Program-made: the position numbers and the translations under genes | Assembly (NCBI GenBank): GCA_907165135.1 | Contig: OU015566.1 | Location: forward strand, 11,160,001-11,224,000 | Source: Oikopleura dioica | Lineage: Eukaryota; Animalia; Chordata | DNA: 64,000 nt | Direction of reading: 5' to 3' | Notes under the pieces: model-generated | Seen by the model: only the letters and a program-made list of their open reading frames with translations | Database searches by the model: none | What the model was told of the DNA's origin: nothing | Part shown: positions 1-13,909 of the stretch, one piece after another | Layout of the letters: every line of letters begins with the position of its first letter | Position numbering within the stretch: position 1 is the stretch's first letter

Positions 1-216
1 TTCTAAGTTGAAGAAGGCCCGATTTCGAAGTCTATAAATTGATTATTCCGAGATCATCCTCTTTCTTTTCTCTCCCTCTTTTGTCCACGGAGTCAATTTG
101 GTATGCGCACAAAACTGACCCGTCTTCATTTCAGAAGCAAATGCAGCATTAGAATTTTCATCGACTCGAATTCGGTTACCACTGTAAGACGTTTTGGAAG
201 CTAATAAGCCTGAACG

Positions 217-3200
217 ATGTTTGCCGAAATGACCTTGGCAGAGCTAAATGCTCTCGCCGATCGACAGAGGCGACAAATTGAGGAGCAAGAGAAGACACTC
301 ACGGCGAAGCAACAGAGGTTGAGCTTCTTGACTCAACAATCTCAACAGTTAGGGATGACTTCGTGTTTATATTATTTGAAAAGCTATCATTCCTCATGAA
401 AAGTGGGAGTAGTTCAAAAATAGCAGATTTTAGTCGTCAATAATGAAATATAATAAATATTATATTTAGAATTCTTAATTTGTAATAAAACATAAATATA
501 TATAAATGTTACGTTGTTTTTCCTAACTAATTTGCGAGCAGGGCTGGATAATTTGAAATCAACACAAATCTCAACACCCATATTTCGGGAATTCGGCCAT
601 CCTGATTGGTCAATAGGGCCGTTTTGGGGTGTTAAAATTTGTGTTGATTTCAAATTATCCAGCCCTGGTTGCGAGCACTAATCATCCCGTCTAAGCAAAG
701 TAAAGATGCGGATCATCTGCGAAAATTGCGCGAAAAAGTAGGTGAACAAGAAGATCGACTTAGAATGCTGCGTGTTGGGCCTGAGCAAAACACGGCTTTA
801 TTATCAGCTGAGCTAGACTCAGTCCGAAATCTGCTTGAAGCAAAACAGCGTGAACTCAACATGTCGATGCAGAAAGTAGAGCAACTAACAAGTGTGCTTG
901 GCGATTTGCGCAAAACATCGACAGCGACAAACGGGGCGGAAGAAGTGAACAAGCTAAACAGAGAATTGAATGCTCTTCACAACTTGAATAATGATCAATC
1001 CCAGCGGCTTCAAGCGCAGCGGGATCTTCTTCGAAAGAAACAAGAAGAGTCCCAAGAATTAGACATGAAAATCCTCGAACTTGCAGATAGAATCAACAAA
1101 AAACGAGCAGCTCAAACGAAGGGAAGCCAGAATCAGCAAAAATACACGAATGTAGCTGCAGTTGAGCCCCTCGTCAATTCAACGCAAAATAAAATCGGTT
1201 CAAAAATTGACGGATTGCCGCAAAAGGCGCAAGTGCTGAATAATATCACTTCAAGGACGGAAATTGCGCCTGATGATGCTGATCGGAAGAAGCGAGGGCA
1301 GAGGCCTATCAGTGAAATTCTCACGCGTCAAGGTAAGGAAAAAATTACAAGCCCTTGGAACTGTCATCTTCTTTAAACAGAAAGCTCTAGGAGTCAGAAG
1401 TGACAACGAGTCCCTCGTAGATCAAAAAAAGTTTACATCAATGAATCAATAAACGTAACCTTTCATAAAGAAACGTGACTTGTGAAGGCGCATCAAAGTT
1501 GATTTTTTTATTTAAATTTATTATTCAAGACCAAAAAGACTCCAAATCAAAATCATCGTCTTTGGCACCGGGCAACTCGCTTTTCCAGTACCGTAATCCT
1601 TCCGAAGAAAAGCCTCGTCCACCGCCACCAAGCTACACTGAAGCTCTATCCAGGCGCTCCCTGCCTGGACAAGCGTCACGAGGAAAACTAGGCATAAAAA
1701 AGCCCGGTAAGTGTATTTTATTTTTGGCAGCAAAAACATTCGTCCCGTGCACACATTCATCGAAAAACGCAAATTTACGCATATATCCGTGGCTTTTTCA
1801 ACTCTGTATTAGAGAAACAGGCAATTGAATTGCAAACAATAAAATGAATAGGATTGTCCAGCGCAGAGTGCCACAAGGAGGCGCTTGCTTTAAATTTATT
1901 CAACGCAGACTGAAACACAGACCATTCATGAATTGAAGCATATTTTTAATATCTAGAGAAAATATGGCGACAGTATTCCAAGCAATATGCGAGATAAGCA
2001 ACTTACAGCAAGAAATTGCATTGATAAAGAGGAAACAGAAAAGGTTCGGAATGGACAAGAGCAAGGCCAGGTGGGAAATTATCAAGAAAGCTTCGAGTAA
2101 ACCTCTCGTCAGTCAAGGTAAGGGGCTTTTCCAGCATTTTATTAAACAAAAAGAGGTTTATCAATAAATTCTAGTAATTTTTTCATCGAAATCTTCGGCA
2201 GGTACATTTTTAATTGTAAGCAAATCATGTAAAATTCCCATTCATATTTTACAGCTCTAACTCTCAAGCAGAATCAGACATTAACTCGAACAAAATTCAA
2301 CTACGGTCTTTGACTTTATGACTAGCTATAAATTCTAGTGTCTCCAGGAGGCGATAAGAACGTCTTCGATGAGTGGCGAAAACGATACGCGAATACCCCG
2401 CGACCACTGAAAAAGCGCTCCTCCTTCTCGGAAGCAGAAGGCAACAACTACTATCAACAATTGTACAAGACCTCTGATCCGCTCTTTCGCGACCCACGGA
2501 ACATTCCTCTTGAAGAGGAAGCTGAGCAATCAAGTCAGAGCTCCGAGAGCGAAAATCAAATCAAGCAGGAAGCTCCTAAATCTTCACCATCAAGGGGGTA
2601 AGAGCGCTGCTTGTTTGAATTTTTGTCGAAAGTTTTTGCTCTTTCATCAATTTCTATCTTGACCCACGATCTTCTTTTACAATTATTTTAAAGCGGAAAA
2701 GCTGATCAAGATGCCCCTCCGACACCGCCTCAGCGCGCACCGGATGAAAAATACAGTAACTCCACTCGTTCCCCGCCACAGCTGAAAAGTGCGATCAAAA
2801 AGCCGAGAGGCATTTTGAAGAAACAAGGCGCGCCAAGGAACAGTTCGAGACGAGTGGAGCTTGATCCCCTGGCACTGCTTCTGGATGCTTCTCTTGCTGG
2901 AGAGATTGATGTCGTCCGTAGTGTGATCGCAAAGGTATGAAATTAGAAAGGGACAAATAAAATTTATCTTTTTATTGAAGCAATTGAATAATAGAAAGCT
3001 CAAGGTGACTTTTGTGGCAACTTGTGTGACGTGATTTCACGAGATTTGAGTTTCAATAATTACAGCGTTTTAGATTTATGATCAATAATTTCTTCAGGTT
3101 TCAAATCCAAGCTATGCAAATGACGAAGGAATCACCGCGCTTCATAATGCCGTATGCGCCGGTTATTTTGATGTTGTCAAGTACGAACTCAAATGAGCTT

Positions 3201-3820
3201 TAGTTTTTATTAACTTGTTCAAAAGATTCTTGGTTCACTCGGGTGTCGATATAAATGCGGCGGATTCGGATGGTTGGACGCCGTTGCACTGCGCTGCCTC
3301 TTGCAATTCCTTACAAATGGTCAAATTTCTGTGTGAAAATGGCGCCCAGATCTTTGCCGAAACTTATCCTGACAATGATACTGGTAAAAACACAACCATT
3401 CAACACTTGTCTAAGCTAGTTTTCTTTTTTCAGCCGCAGAAAAATGTGAAGAACTGGATGAAGGGTACGTCAATTGTACCGAGTATCTTTACGGAACACA
3501 GGTGATCTTTCTTTCTTGATTTTAATATGCTAAACATTTTCAGGAAAAACTTGGTGTCGTGAATAAAGCATCAGTTTATGCTCTTTTCGACTACGACGCT
3601 GAAAGCTCAGATGAACTATCTTTCAAAGAAGGAGATCTTCTCTACGTTAAACGTAGAGGAGATAGTGACGAAGACAAATGGTGGTGGAGGTATTCCCCCA
3701 TTCGTTTATTTTGAAAATTATCTTCATCCTAGCCGCCACTCCGACACTGGAAGAGAAGGATACGTACCGCGAAACTACCTTGGCATGTGGCCGAGGATAA
3801 AACCGCCTTCGAAGAAGTAA
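217..3820 (+). CDS. TP53BP2: ASPP-family protein (apoptosis-stimulating of p53; coiled coil, ankyrin repeats, SH3), spliced; 5' end may lie upstream
   Basis: [20 protein letters not shown] resembles the ASPP N-terminal helix; [26 protein letters not shown] and [16 protein letters not shown] ankyrin motifs; SH3 YALFDYDA...WW...[21 protein letters not shown]1 vs ASPP2 orthology not resolvable. Confidence 0.88.
539..667. mobile_element. 129-bp hAT-type MITE in the first visible ASPP intron
   Basis: Perfect 31-bp TIR cagggctggataatttgaaatcaacacaaat; 8-bp flanking repeats tttgcgag (531-538) and gttgcgag (668-675), 1 mismatch. Confidence 0.9.
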
Positions 3821-4421
3821 ACCGAGTTTCTTTCTGTTTATAAAAGTTCAATACCTTTCGTCTTCGTTATATAAAGATACACCTTCCTCACTGTGGATTT
3901 ACCTCCCAAGAAATATTCTCAACCAGTAAACAATTTTCTTCGCTTCGTTTTCTGACCTTTTTATATCCCGACTTTACCGCCTTGATTTACCCGATAAAGC
4001 ATTTCTGGCACTCATTCGTTCTAAAAACTGTTGGCATGCTCTGCTCCATGTCTAGTCGACAATTGTATGAAAGCCAGCCTATGTTCAATTTCCTTCCCAA
4101 AAAGCAATTTCTTTCGTTCTTAATTCGCATCAATTCCCCATTTGATTCAGTAACTTTCATTCCATTTCACCACTTTTTTGTTCGAAACATCTTGAAATTT
4201 CTTTCATCATATGTTCTTCCCAACTTATTAAAAACGACCTTTCTTACGTTTCACGAATTCAATTTCACGATGGCCTGTGAAAATTACCTAACACTTTTGA
4301 AATGTTGAATTAACCACGAAAATTCTAGATCAGGGACCGCGCTTTTGCTTTTTCCCCGAGAACGCTCATTCGTAAAAATCGAGATTTTCGACCACTCTAA
4401 GTAAAAAATCGACAAAAAAGG

Positions 4422-5771
4422 ATGAGCGAAGCTACGGCCGAGGCAAAAACCGCCAGTGGTGATGCACCGGTTTGCTCAAACGAGGTAAATTGATGGCGAA
4501 AACTCAAATAACGAGGTTTTTTTCGAAATCTTTTGAATATTTGAAATATTATATTTCGTGTCATATTGTTTCGCTTCTAGAGCACCGCTAGAACAAATTT
4601 TATGTTTTTATCCGAGAACTTTTTCGTGTAAATCAGTTTGTTGTTCAAAATAAGAGGCTTTTATGATTCTAATGGGTGCACAAGAGTCAAAACAAGTCGA
4701 AGAGACCTTTGAAAGAGGCGATTTTATCGCTTCGATCCAAGAAAAATATAATCTTCAGCCCCAGAAGCCAACTGCCGTCGACGAACTCGCTGATGCCCTC
4801 AAAGGTAAACACACTCTCTAGAAAAGGCGACTTAATAAGGGATATAGTCACGAAAATCACCCCTGCCGCTGAAAACGCCCAGCAAGAGGTCCCCGAAAAG
4901 GCTGAAGAAGGATCTACTGCTGCTCCTGAAGCTGAAGCCAAGCCCAAACGCGAGCGCGTTTACAAGAAAAAACACATCCTCACCCGAGGAGGTACTGGTA
5001 TTTAAATTTTCTGTGGCTAAAAGATTCTTTAGTGACCGGTAAAGTAAAATGGTTCAACGTTTCCAGAGGATTTGGATTCATTGAACGCGACGATGAAGGA
5101 GCCGATGTCTTTCGTAAGTTCAAACCCATCCTTTCTATCTTTGCAGCGAAATTTAGTCCACCAATCCGGCGTTGTCGGATCTGGCCGCCGACACCGCTTC
5201 AGCTTGTTCCTCAAAGGCGGCGAGGAAGTTGAATTCGATGTTGCAGAAGGTAAAAATCCACTTGAAATGTATAAACGTCTTCAATGATATTTTAGGAAAG
5301 AAAGGGCCCGAAGCAATTGCAGTTTCTTCCCCTGGTGGATTGGAGCTCGCTCCTTTCAATCCCCGATTCCGACGAGGTACCCGACGAGAGCCAAATAATC
5401 GTAAGTCCTTTCTTGAAATGCGTCTGTATCATTCTTTCCAGGCAAGAAAGATGGCGAAGGAGAAGAACTTACTTCCTCTGAAGAGGAGAAAACTCCTCGG
5501 GAGCCACGTGACTCCAACAACAACGAACGTCGAGAGCGACCAGAGCGCCGCCGACGAAAGTTTGACAAGCGAGCTCGAAATCCCCGAAAGGGAGGAAAGA
5601 ACGAGGTAACTGAGATATCATCTAATCATGTAAAGAAAACAATTTTAGCGCAAAACCGAAGGTGCTAAAAAGGAAGAAGAAGCTCACGCTCCCACTACTG
5701 AAAAGGTTCAAGCTGCCCCAGCCGTTCCTAACGCTCACCTTCAAGCTCCTGAACTCATCTCTGTCGAGTAG
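4422..5771 (+). CDS. Y-box-like cold-shock-domain protein, spliced
   Basis: GKVKWFNVSRGFGFIERDD..DVFLHQS..GEEVEFDVAEGKKGPEA cold-shock domain; Arg-rich/acidic C-terminus. Confidence 0.88.
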
Positions 5772-6114
5772 ATGTGCATAAAATAGTACTAACGTACGGA
5801 ACCCATTGCCATAAAGTACTATGTTTAAATTTCATTATTTTTCTCTCGCCGCGCATCAGACAGCCACTCCATTTATTCACTTCAACAATTTGTCATACTG
5901 TTACATTCCCATACAGTAAGATAATGACTATTCTTCAATTATCTCCTAGCAAAATTCATTTGTTTTCTTTACTCTGCCATTGACAAGGAAAACAATGTTC
6001 ACACAAATAAATATCTATTTTAAAACTTCAGTGTTTCATTTGCAGGGTATAACAGCAGTTTACAAGCATGCATAAAAACGGGATCAAAAGATAGTTTCAA
6101 TGAAACTGTATAGA

Positions 6115-8507
6115 ATGGAGTCGGAAGAAAGGACAGAGCCCGAGAATTCCGCGCATCTGAAAGTTCAAAAAATGAACTGGAAGAAAATCGCGGGCAATGA
6201 GCTCTTACGAGTGCAATCAAAAATCAGCACCTCTCAACAAGATCGAATTCGCAATCGCTGGGCGAAGAACCGCGAAAAGACGAAAAAACTATTTGTTAAG
6301 CAGCGGCAAATGGATGAAAATGAAGTTATTGACCCTTCAGATGAACAACCTCAATATAATTACAGAGGTACAAGTTATCTTCGAGACAAGTTTACTAGCT
6401 CTTTGTTTAGTTCGATTGAACACGAAAATATCGAGCTTTCGCGAGACCCTTTCTTCAAAAAAGCACGAAGTCCTTACGCACACTTTACCGATGATTCCCA
6501 ATCTTCCAACAAGCTTCCAATACATGCCATCCCACAAGAATATCGCCTGTGACGATGTCAAAGTCCTTCAAAACATTCCCTACATGGGTGATGACATTGT
6601 CGAACATGAACGGGGCTTTCTCGATGATTTGATAAACATGCATCAGCGAAAAATGCACTGTGGAGGCGGCGATGAGACTATCCACGAGCTGGTCGATCAT
6701 CTCTTCAGTATTGAGAAAGAAAAAGATCCTAACGCAGAAGAACCTTGTCAAGAAATCTTTGACGCTATCAGCTGTTTACTGGCTGATCGAGGAACTGCAG
6801 AATCGATACGCGACAAGTGGAACGAATCAAATTTGAACAAGTCTGTCGAAAACGATCATTCAACAAAGCTGCCGTCGATCGACGATCCTAGCGCAGTCTG
6901 GGAGTCGCAGAAACGGGACAAGTGTCTAAATTCCTTTCACGAACTTGTTTGTCCGCGCTGCTACCGTTACGATTGTATGTACCACACCTTCCAATCCAAA
7001 CCGCCAGCGAGAACGTACGTTCTCAAGCGTAAACTCGACATGCCAAGAGTGCCGCTGAATCCATGCTCGGAAAACTGCTTCTTGAATCTCGATGGAGGAC
7101 GAGAAAAGATCGAGCAAATTTTCAAAGTCAAAAAGTTCAAGCCAAAACTCAATAAGAAATCAAAAAAAGCTGTTCAAGAGGATGTTGAACTTCTCGCCAG
7201 CCCGGAAACGTCTCGAGATGGATTTGAAAACAAGGTTTTAGCTCTAAATAGCGCAAACCCTCATTATTTATTCTAGCCGCTGCCGGATGAAGTACAAAAA
7301 CTGTTCGAAGAAGAAAAGTGGACGCAGTCGGAAAGCGTTTTAGTAAGAACGCTTCTGGAAATATACCAGGGAAACTTGTGCAGTATATCTTCATGTATGG
7401 GCGAAAAGAGTTGCAAAAGCGTATGTTTAATTTATAAAAGTATATTGTCAGCAATCTATAGTTATCTAAGCGGATCTTTTGACTCGAAATTTCCTTAGAT
7501 CTTCGCCAAAATTGCGTTTGATGATTCATATGTCTCGACTTCTGCACTTGATGAATCTATAGTTCACAAAACTCCGAATAGGAAGAAACCAGTGTCGCAT
7601 GGCAAGCGGAAAACTATTGGTGAATTCTCTCAAGAAATCGATTCTTTATATCTTCTTTTAGTTCGTAAGGATGTTAGCCTCCACAACATGCACAATTACG
7701 AGCCTTGTGATCATCCAAATGAACCGTGTAAGGAAGACACTTGCCTTTGCCATCAAAAAGGAAACTACTGCGAAAAGTTCTGTCCCTGTCCCCCTGACTG
7801 TCGGAATCGTTTCAGTGGATGCAATTGTAAAGGCCAGTGCAACACCAATCGTAAGATATCAGCCTAAAAGCACTCTCGAACTTGAGTTAAGTTTGCCCTT
7901 GTTATGTCGCCAGACGAGAGTGTGATCCTGATCTTTGCAAGCTCTGCGGCGCGGATGACTTTTCAAAAGATTTCGACGAAATTCGATGCAACAACATAAA
8001 AATGCAAAGAGGTCTACATCAGCATCTTCTAATGGCCCCATCGGACATTGCTGGATGGGGATGTTTCGCGAAGGTTTGTTATTCAAGCCACTATTTTCTT
8101 TTACACTCTTACAACTAGAATGACATCAAGAAGAACACTTACATTTCCGACTACTGTGGCGAACTAATCAGCCAAGAAGAGGCAGATCGAAGAGGAAAAG
8201 TTTACGATAAACACAAGTCGAGCTTTTTGTTCGATTTGAACTCTTCTTTCTGCATTGACGCGACTAGAAAAGTAAGATCAAAGGCTCAGAGCACGATTTA
8301 ACTTTCGATAAGGGAAACAAGATTCGATTCGCGAATCATTCTATGAATCCGAACGCAGCCACAAAGATCATCCGAGTGAATGGGGATCATAGAATCGGAA
8401 TTTTCGCCAAAACGGACATTCGAAAGGGCGAAGAGCTCTTCTTTGACTATAGATACTCAACATCCGACGCGATCAAATATGTTGGTATTGAAAGGCAACT
8501 GACCTAG
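6115..8507 (+). CDS. EZH2: Enhancer of zeste H3K27 methyltransferase
   Basis: [10 protein letters not shown]; CPRCYRYDC; CXC domain; SET domain [34 protein letters not shown]. Confidence 0.95.
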
Positions 8508-8716
8508 AAACGATTAAAAAAGATACTATATCTTTTCCACTGAAGCACAATTCTACCGTTCTCGTTCTTTATATTTTCAAGTCCACTTTCTTTACCTATT
8601 TCTGTATTTCTTTCACTCGTCTTTTTTCCTTTTTCTGACCTTAATTTTGCTGCCATCGATCATTCCAAAAACTGAATATTACTTGAATATTGAAACAGGT
8701 CTCATTTTTTTTTAAT

Positions 8717-10167
8717 TCAAAAGAAATTATTTTTACAGTCGCAGTATTTCTCGCGTGGCAAGTATTGGACAATATGTTTCAGGTGCATTTTAACTTCGTA
8801 GTCGTTTTCAAGCAGGTCTGTCAAGGCTTCTTCAAAAAGTCGTTGTTTTGTTTCTTCATCCACTGGAATGTATGAACTTCAAAACTTCATGGAAGGATCT
8901 TACCTTCATGCCAAGGAGTAGCATCACCACCAGGTGGGCCATAAGCGCCCATATCACCAGGATAACCTTTATCTCCCTTATCACCAACTTCTCCTGGAGG
9001 TCCTGGTGGCCCTTGAGGTCCTTAGAAATCTGTTATCCTTTCTAGGAAAATATTTTTTCGTACCTTGAGGGCCTTTAAAGCCTTTGTAGCCAGCAGTTCC
9101 AGGTTCTCCTGCGTTTCCTTCCGGTCCGTCCGGGCCAACTTCCCCTGGAATGCCCGGGTATCCATCTACTCCAGGAGTTCCTGAGGGGCCAGATCTTCCT
9201 CGAATTCCAGGTTCTCCTCGGAGACCAGGGAAACCCTTCGGGCCGTCTTCGCCATTTTCCCCAAATTCTCCAGGCTCTCCCTGGCATCCTTCCGGTCCTA
9301 AAACGGATGTTTAAAATGGCGATATTAATTTATTATATTTACCGAGTTCACCACGAGGCCCTGTTTGTCCATCTGGGCCTGTCGGGCCGCAGCACTTGCG
9401 ATTTCTGCCAATTTGAACATCGTTCCTCGTGCAAACCTGCGGTGCCTGAAAGCCTGGCTCCCTAATGCAACGCTTCTGACACATTTCCGGGCAGCCGGCC
9501 AAATGTCTCGCCAGACGATCCACATGAACAGCTAAGCCAGACGTTTCGGAATCTAAAAATGATGAATATTGTTTTATGTATTCGTAAATACTTACGAACA
9601 ATCAGACTTTCTTTATTGGAAATTTCTGAAGGCAGTTTTCTCTTCATTGTTTTTGGGAAGATTGGAAGGACTTCGATGCTTTTGAGTTGACCACAAATGT
9701 GTTCCAAATAACTGCCCTCGTCGAAGGCCAAGATAAGAATCGAATTTTTCAAATAACTGAAATCATCTTTTAACAAAATCGAGTTGTTTGAGACTTTACC
9801 CCTTTGAAATTTTGTCAAGCTTCTTGATGTTTTGATTCTGCTCTTTTAATTTCATATAAAAATCGTTTCTTTTTGACGAAACGTCAGTGAAATATATTTC
9901 TCTGCATTTCTTCGAGCTCTTTAGTTTCCAGTAGTCCACGCACTCTTCTTCCATAATACAGGTTGTTGCATTTCTTGAAAATACAGAAACTGTCTTCTTG
10001 TCATATGGGCAGTTAGATTTTTCTCCAAGAAAGTCAATAAAATCTATCTTTGGGTTAGGGCCGAGTTTCGAATTTTGACAGAGGAAATTATCTTAACCCA
10101 TTTCTTTTTGGCACTGATCAGCTAAGACAACTTCTATTAGTAGAAATATTCGAGCAATTGATAACAT
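8717..10167 (-). CDS. Short secreted collagen-like protein (signal peptide, Cys-rich N-domain, short Gly-X-Y helix, Cys-rich tail)
   Basis: MLSIARIFLLIEVVLA signal-like start; KCCGPTGPDGQTGPRGE and further GXY exons at 8905-9390; C-terminal YCDC. Confidence 0.75.
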
Positions 10168-10436
10168 CCCTCTCATATCAGGCAGTGGTCTCTCTTCGAT
10201 AAACCAAGATTCCGAAAAACGAATTATGCCGAAGTCAAATATTTTACTCGATTGACAAAAATGTAAAACCATTCATACAGAGCAATCAAAGAGCGCTAGG
10301 GCTTTTGAAAATTCATTTTTGATATATGAAAGCCAAACATTTCCCATCTCCAGCGCACCTGTTCCGGCTATGCAGTCACGTTTTTATTTATTCTTGAAAT
10401 TAAAGACTTGAATTTTAAGACTGATAATTCAATCAA

Positions 10437-12394
10437 ATGTTTTCGCGTAAATCGGAAATGGATGGTCATCGTCGCTTGACGACTGTTCGCAAATCCGAAT
10501 TTCCAAGTAGTGGCGGTAGGCAACCAAGAGATAGCCTCACTGCGGATAGCTACAGGTTGAGCATTGCTGGAGGTCAATCGACGATCAAACGCCCAAAAAC
10601 GCACTCGTCGAATGATCCACGAGATCTTGCAAAGAAAGCGTAAGCATATTCCTAGCCCGCCAATTCTAATATCTCCTTATTTTAGAAATCAGAAAGAAGT
10701 CGTCGAAAAGCTTCAAAACTTTCTCATCAACGAAATCAACTTCCGCGAAGTATCGCTCAAAGAACTTTCCAACATGACAACCGGCTTGTTCCATGAAATC
10801 TTCTCAACATTTGTCCGAATTATTCTCGGCCCAAATTATTTGATGAGCTTTGGTAAAGTGAAACCAGCAGAGCTCATCGTTGAGACTATGCGTGCAGTTG
10901 ATTATCCATTTAAATTGGTGAAATCAAGCTTTGTGAACTTGACGAAGCAGACCTTTCCGACTGCGATTGGAGTTTTGGACTGGCTGATTGACTTGATTGG
11001 AATTCAACAGGCAGCGGAAAATGCCGCTCAAGATACAGCGGATATTGAGGAAATCATCCCAATTTTCGAAGGATACGCGAGATATGCTGCTGGAGAAGGC
11101 GACATCGACGATATCACCGATGATGTGACAAATGAGGTAGCCAAGTCGAAACAAGAGCAGTTAGCTCTTGAAGAGATCGACATTGATGATGCTTACAGGC
11201 GCATGGAAGAAGCAGAGCTAGAACTAAAAGACTTTAAAAATGCGAAACGATGCTACGAAAACGACTTGGTAGATTTGACAAAAGCGATCGAAGACTCGAC
11301 AAAATTCCTGAATCTAAGCAAGTACCACGTCGAAAAGGGCGCTGCAGAGATCAAAACGCTGCGCGAAGAAGAAACGAAGCAAAAAGAAATGATCGAACAA
11401 CTCAAAAAAGACAACGCAGAACTCCGGGAACGAATCGGAGATCAAGAGACGGCCATTGAAAAGAAGAACCGATACAACGCGCTCGTTGAAGAGGATCAAA
11501 AGTGGCAAGAAACAGTGGCGGCTCAACGACAAGATCTCGGAATAATTGGTAATTTTCGTTCCCTAAACTGTTCTTCAACTTATTTCAGAGGTTAAAATAA
11601 GCCGTGAACGAGCAACTGCTGCCGACATTTTGATCAATTACAACACAGCCGCAAATTCACTTCGCGAATTTTCCGAAAAATTCAAAATCCCATCTTCCAT
11701 CTCGGCGAAAAACTTATCTATGCTTGAAGAAAAACAAAAGCTCATCGGCGAAGCGGATCAACTTTGCCACAAGCAAATTAGCTCGTTGAGAAGTGAGACA
11801 GACGTCCTGAACTTTGAAAATGATGAGCTAGAAAAGTATTTATATCTTTTTCCTTGTTCTTTTTCTATCTGTGTCTAGGCGAATTCAAGAGGAGCAGGAT
11901 GATCACGACCTGGTAAAGACCCAGTTCGAGTCAAGATTCCAAAAGAGCAAGGCGGAGTTAAATAGAGTCGAGGAAGAAAATGCTCATATGAAAAGCCGAA
12001 TTGGAAAGAGGCGAGAAAATGTAATGAGCATCAGTGAAGACATAGAAACTCTTCAGGTAACGGGTTTGATTATTCGACGATGAAGTAACAAGTGACCTTT
12101 AGAGTGACAGGATAGATCTTGAAAGAAAACTTCAAGATGTCAAAGAAAATGACGAGAATGCCAACTACGGAGATGAGGAAGAACGAACGATCATTGACTT
12201 CCTCGAATCGGCTAACGACAAGAAGAACACAGCCGACACTCAATTCAAAAGTACTCTAGACTCTCTTTCCATCATTTATACACGTCTGTTTAGTTGTTCA
12301 AAGTATCTTCGAGGAAGAGATGAGCGTCATCCAGACGCGCGTCAAACGCAACGAAGAGATTCACGAGTTCATCACTAGAAAAAACTTTGACTAA
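10437..12394 (+). CDS. NDC80: Kinetochore protein NDC80/HEC1
   Basis: NDPRDLAKK..QKEVVEKLQNFL and YPFKLVKSSF..FPTAIGVLDWLIDL (HEC1 CH domain), then a long coiled coil. Confidence 0.85.
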
Positions 12395-12572
12395 GAAAAG
12401 TTCTTATACAAACACTGTGTTTGAAACACACAAACACTCTCACATTCCCTTTATCAAAAGAAAAATATTCACATTTATCCACTGCCCCAGCAGTTTTCAC
12501 TTTTCCATTCCATAAACAAAAATAGGATCACAAAGCTCATCTTCCATTACCAACTGTTCAGAGGCGGATGTA

Positions 12573-13757
12573 ATGTTAGCGATGGCACGGATCGACGAAA
12601 AAGTTGGCCCGAGTAAAAGCAGACAGGAGCATCCGCCCATAAAAATGAAGCTTCCATCCCGCGTGGAGCGCAAATGCGGCGAGTGGTGCGAGGTCAAGAG
12701 CAAGACCAAAGACAAAAAGTACTACTTGAACATAAGAACGAAAGAGACGACGTGGAAAAAGCCGCCAGACTGGAATGATCAAATTGTAAGCGAACCTTCC
12801 CTTTCCCTTATTAAAGCATCCATCTAGGCTGACAGTATTGGTGCCTCGCGAAAAATTCTGAAAGATTCGCCCTCCCTTTCCACCGACAGCTCATCTCAAG
12901 ACGTCCCTGCTGCTCATCCCGCTCAATCCACGCCAGTCGGGTCAACTAGATACTCCCGCGCCTCCCCGCCCTCCAAAAAGCGCAAACACAACAAACATAG
13001 AAAATCAAAGTCATCAAGAAAAAGTGAAAGTCCTCAGCGCATTAACTCCTCTCTTTACTCATCAAACATATCCACATCATCATCGTCAAAAACTATTCCA
13101 TCGCCAAATGTTCAATCAGTCGAAACTCACATCCAAAAGACAGAATCCTCTGATCAATCGAAATTGGACGAACTAATACATCCCCTGAAAAGCTCTTTGA
13201 AAAATCTTCCCGCCCCTATCCCTTCCTCCGTCCTTCTCGACCCTCTTTCGATAAAGCCAAGCCCGGAAGAGCAAGAAAAGCAGAAACAGCGTGAACAAGA
13301 AATTGAAAGGACATATTCATCGAAAAGATTGAAAATTCAACAGCTGGAAAGACGACATCGTTTAGTAAAGCAACTGCCGGAGAACTCCGCTCCGGATAAT
13401 GAAACAGTCCTTCGTCAAAGCCAAAAATTCGTGAACGAGTCTATTCCTTCCAGAATGCAAGAGCTTATCTACAGTAAGTTTCTCTGTTAAAATGTTTGTT
13501 AAATGGCTGTTTTAGATAAGAAGGAGAAGCAGGCGGATTTCTACTCCCGCGAAAATACGCGAAACGATCAAATTATGTCCGAAAAGCGCGGCGAAATCGC
13601 CCAAGTGAGGCACATTTTACGTAATCGCACCTTCTTCATCGAATCTACTGATGGTTTCTGCAGTCTACAAAAGAAGCGATCGGAAGCTTTAATGTTGAGC
13701 TCATTTTCGTTTTCAAGTCTAAGCAGTCCGGCACAGTCCAAGGACAAAGTTAGTTAA
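12573..13757 (+). CDS. WAC: WW-domain adaptor with coiled coil (WAC-like)
   Basis: WW domain GEWCEVKS..KKYYLNIRTKETTWKKP; C-terminal EKQADFYSRE..MSEKRGEIAQVR resembles the WAC coiled coil. Confidence 0.65.
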
Positions 13758-13909
13758 CTTTCGGCTCATCACTGTCTTTTAGTCAGTTATTCTTCGTTAT
13801 TTCTGTATCATAAAATAAATTTCGATCATTTATGCCTTCTAAATAAAGTATTTTTTCTATCACTCTGATTCTTCGACACTAAAAGTCGACAGTTAAGAAA
13901 TTGATCGAA

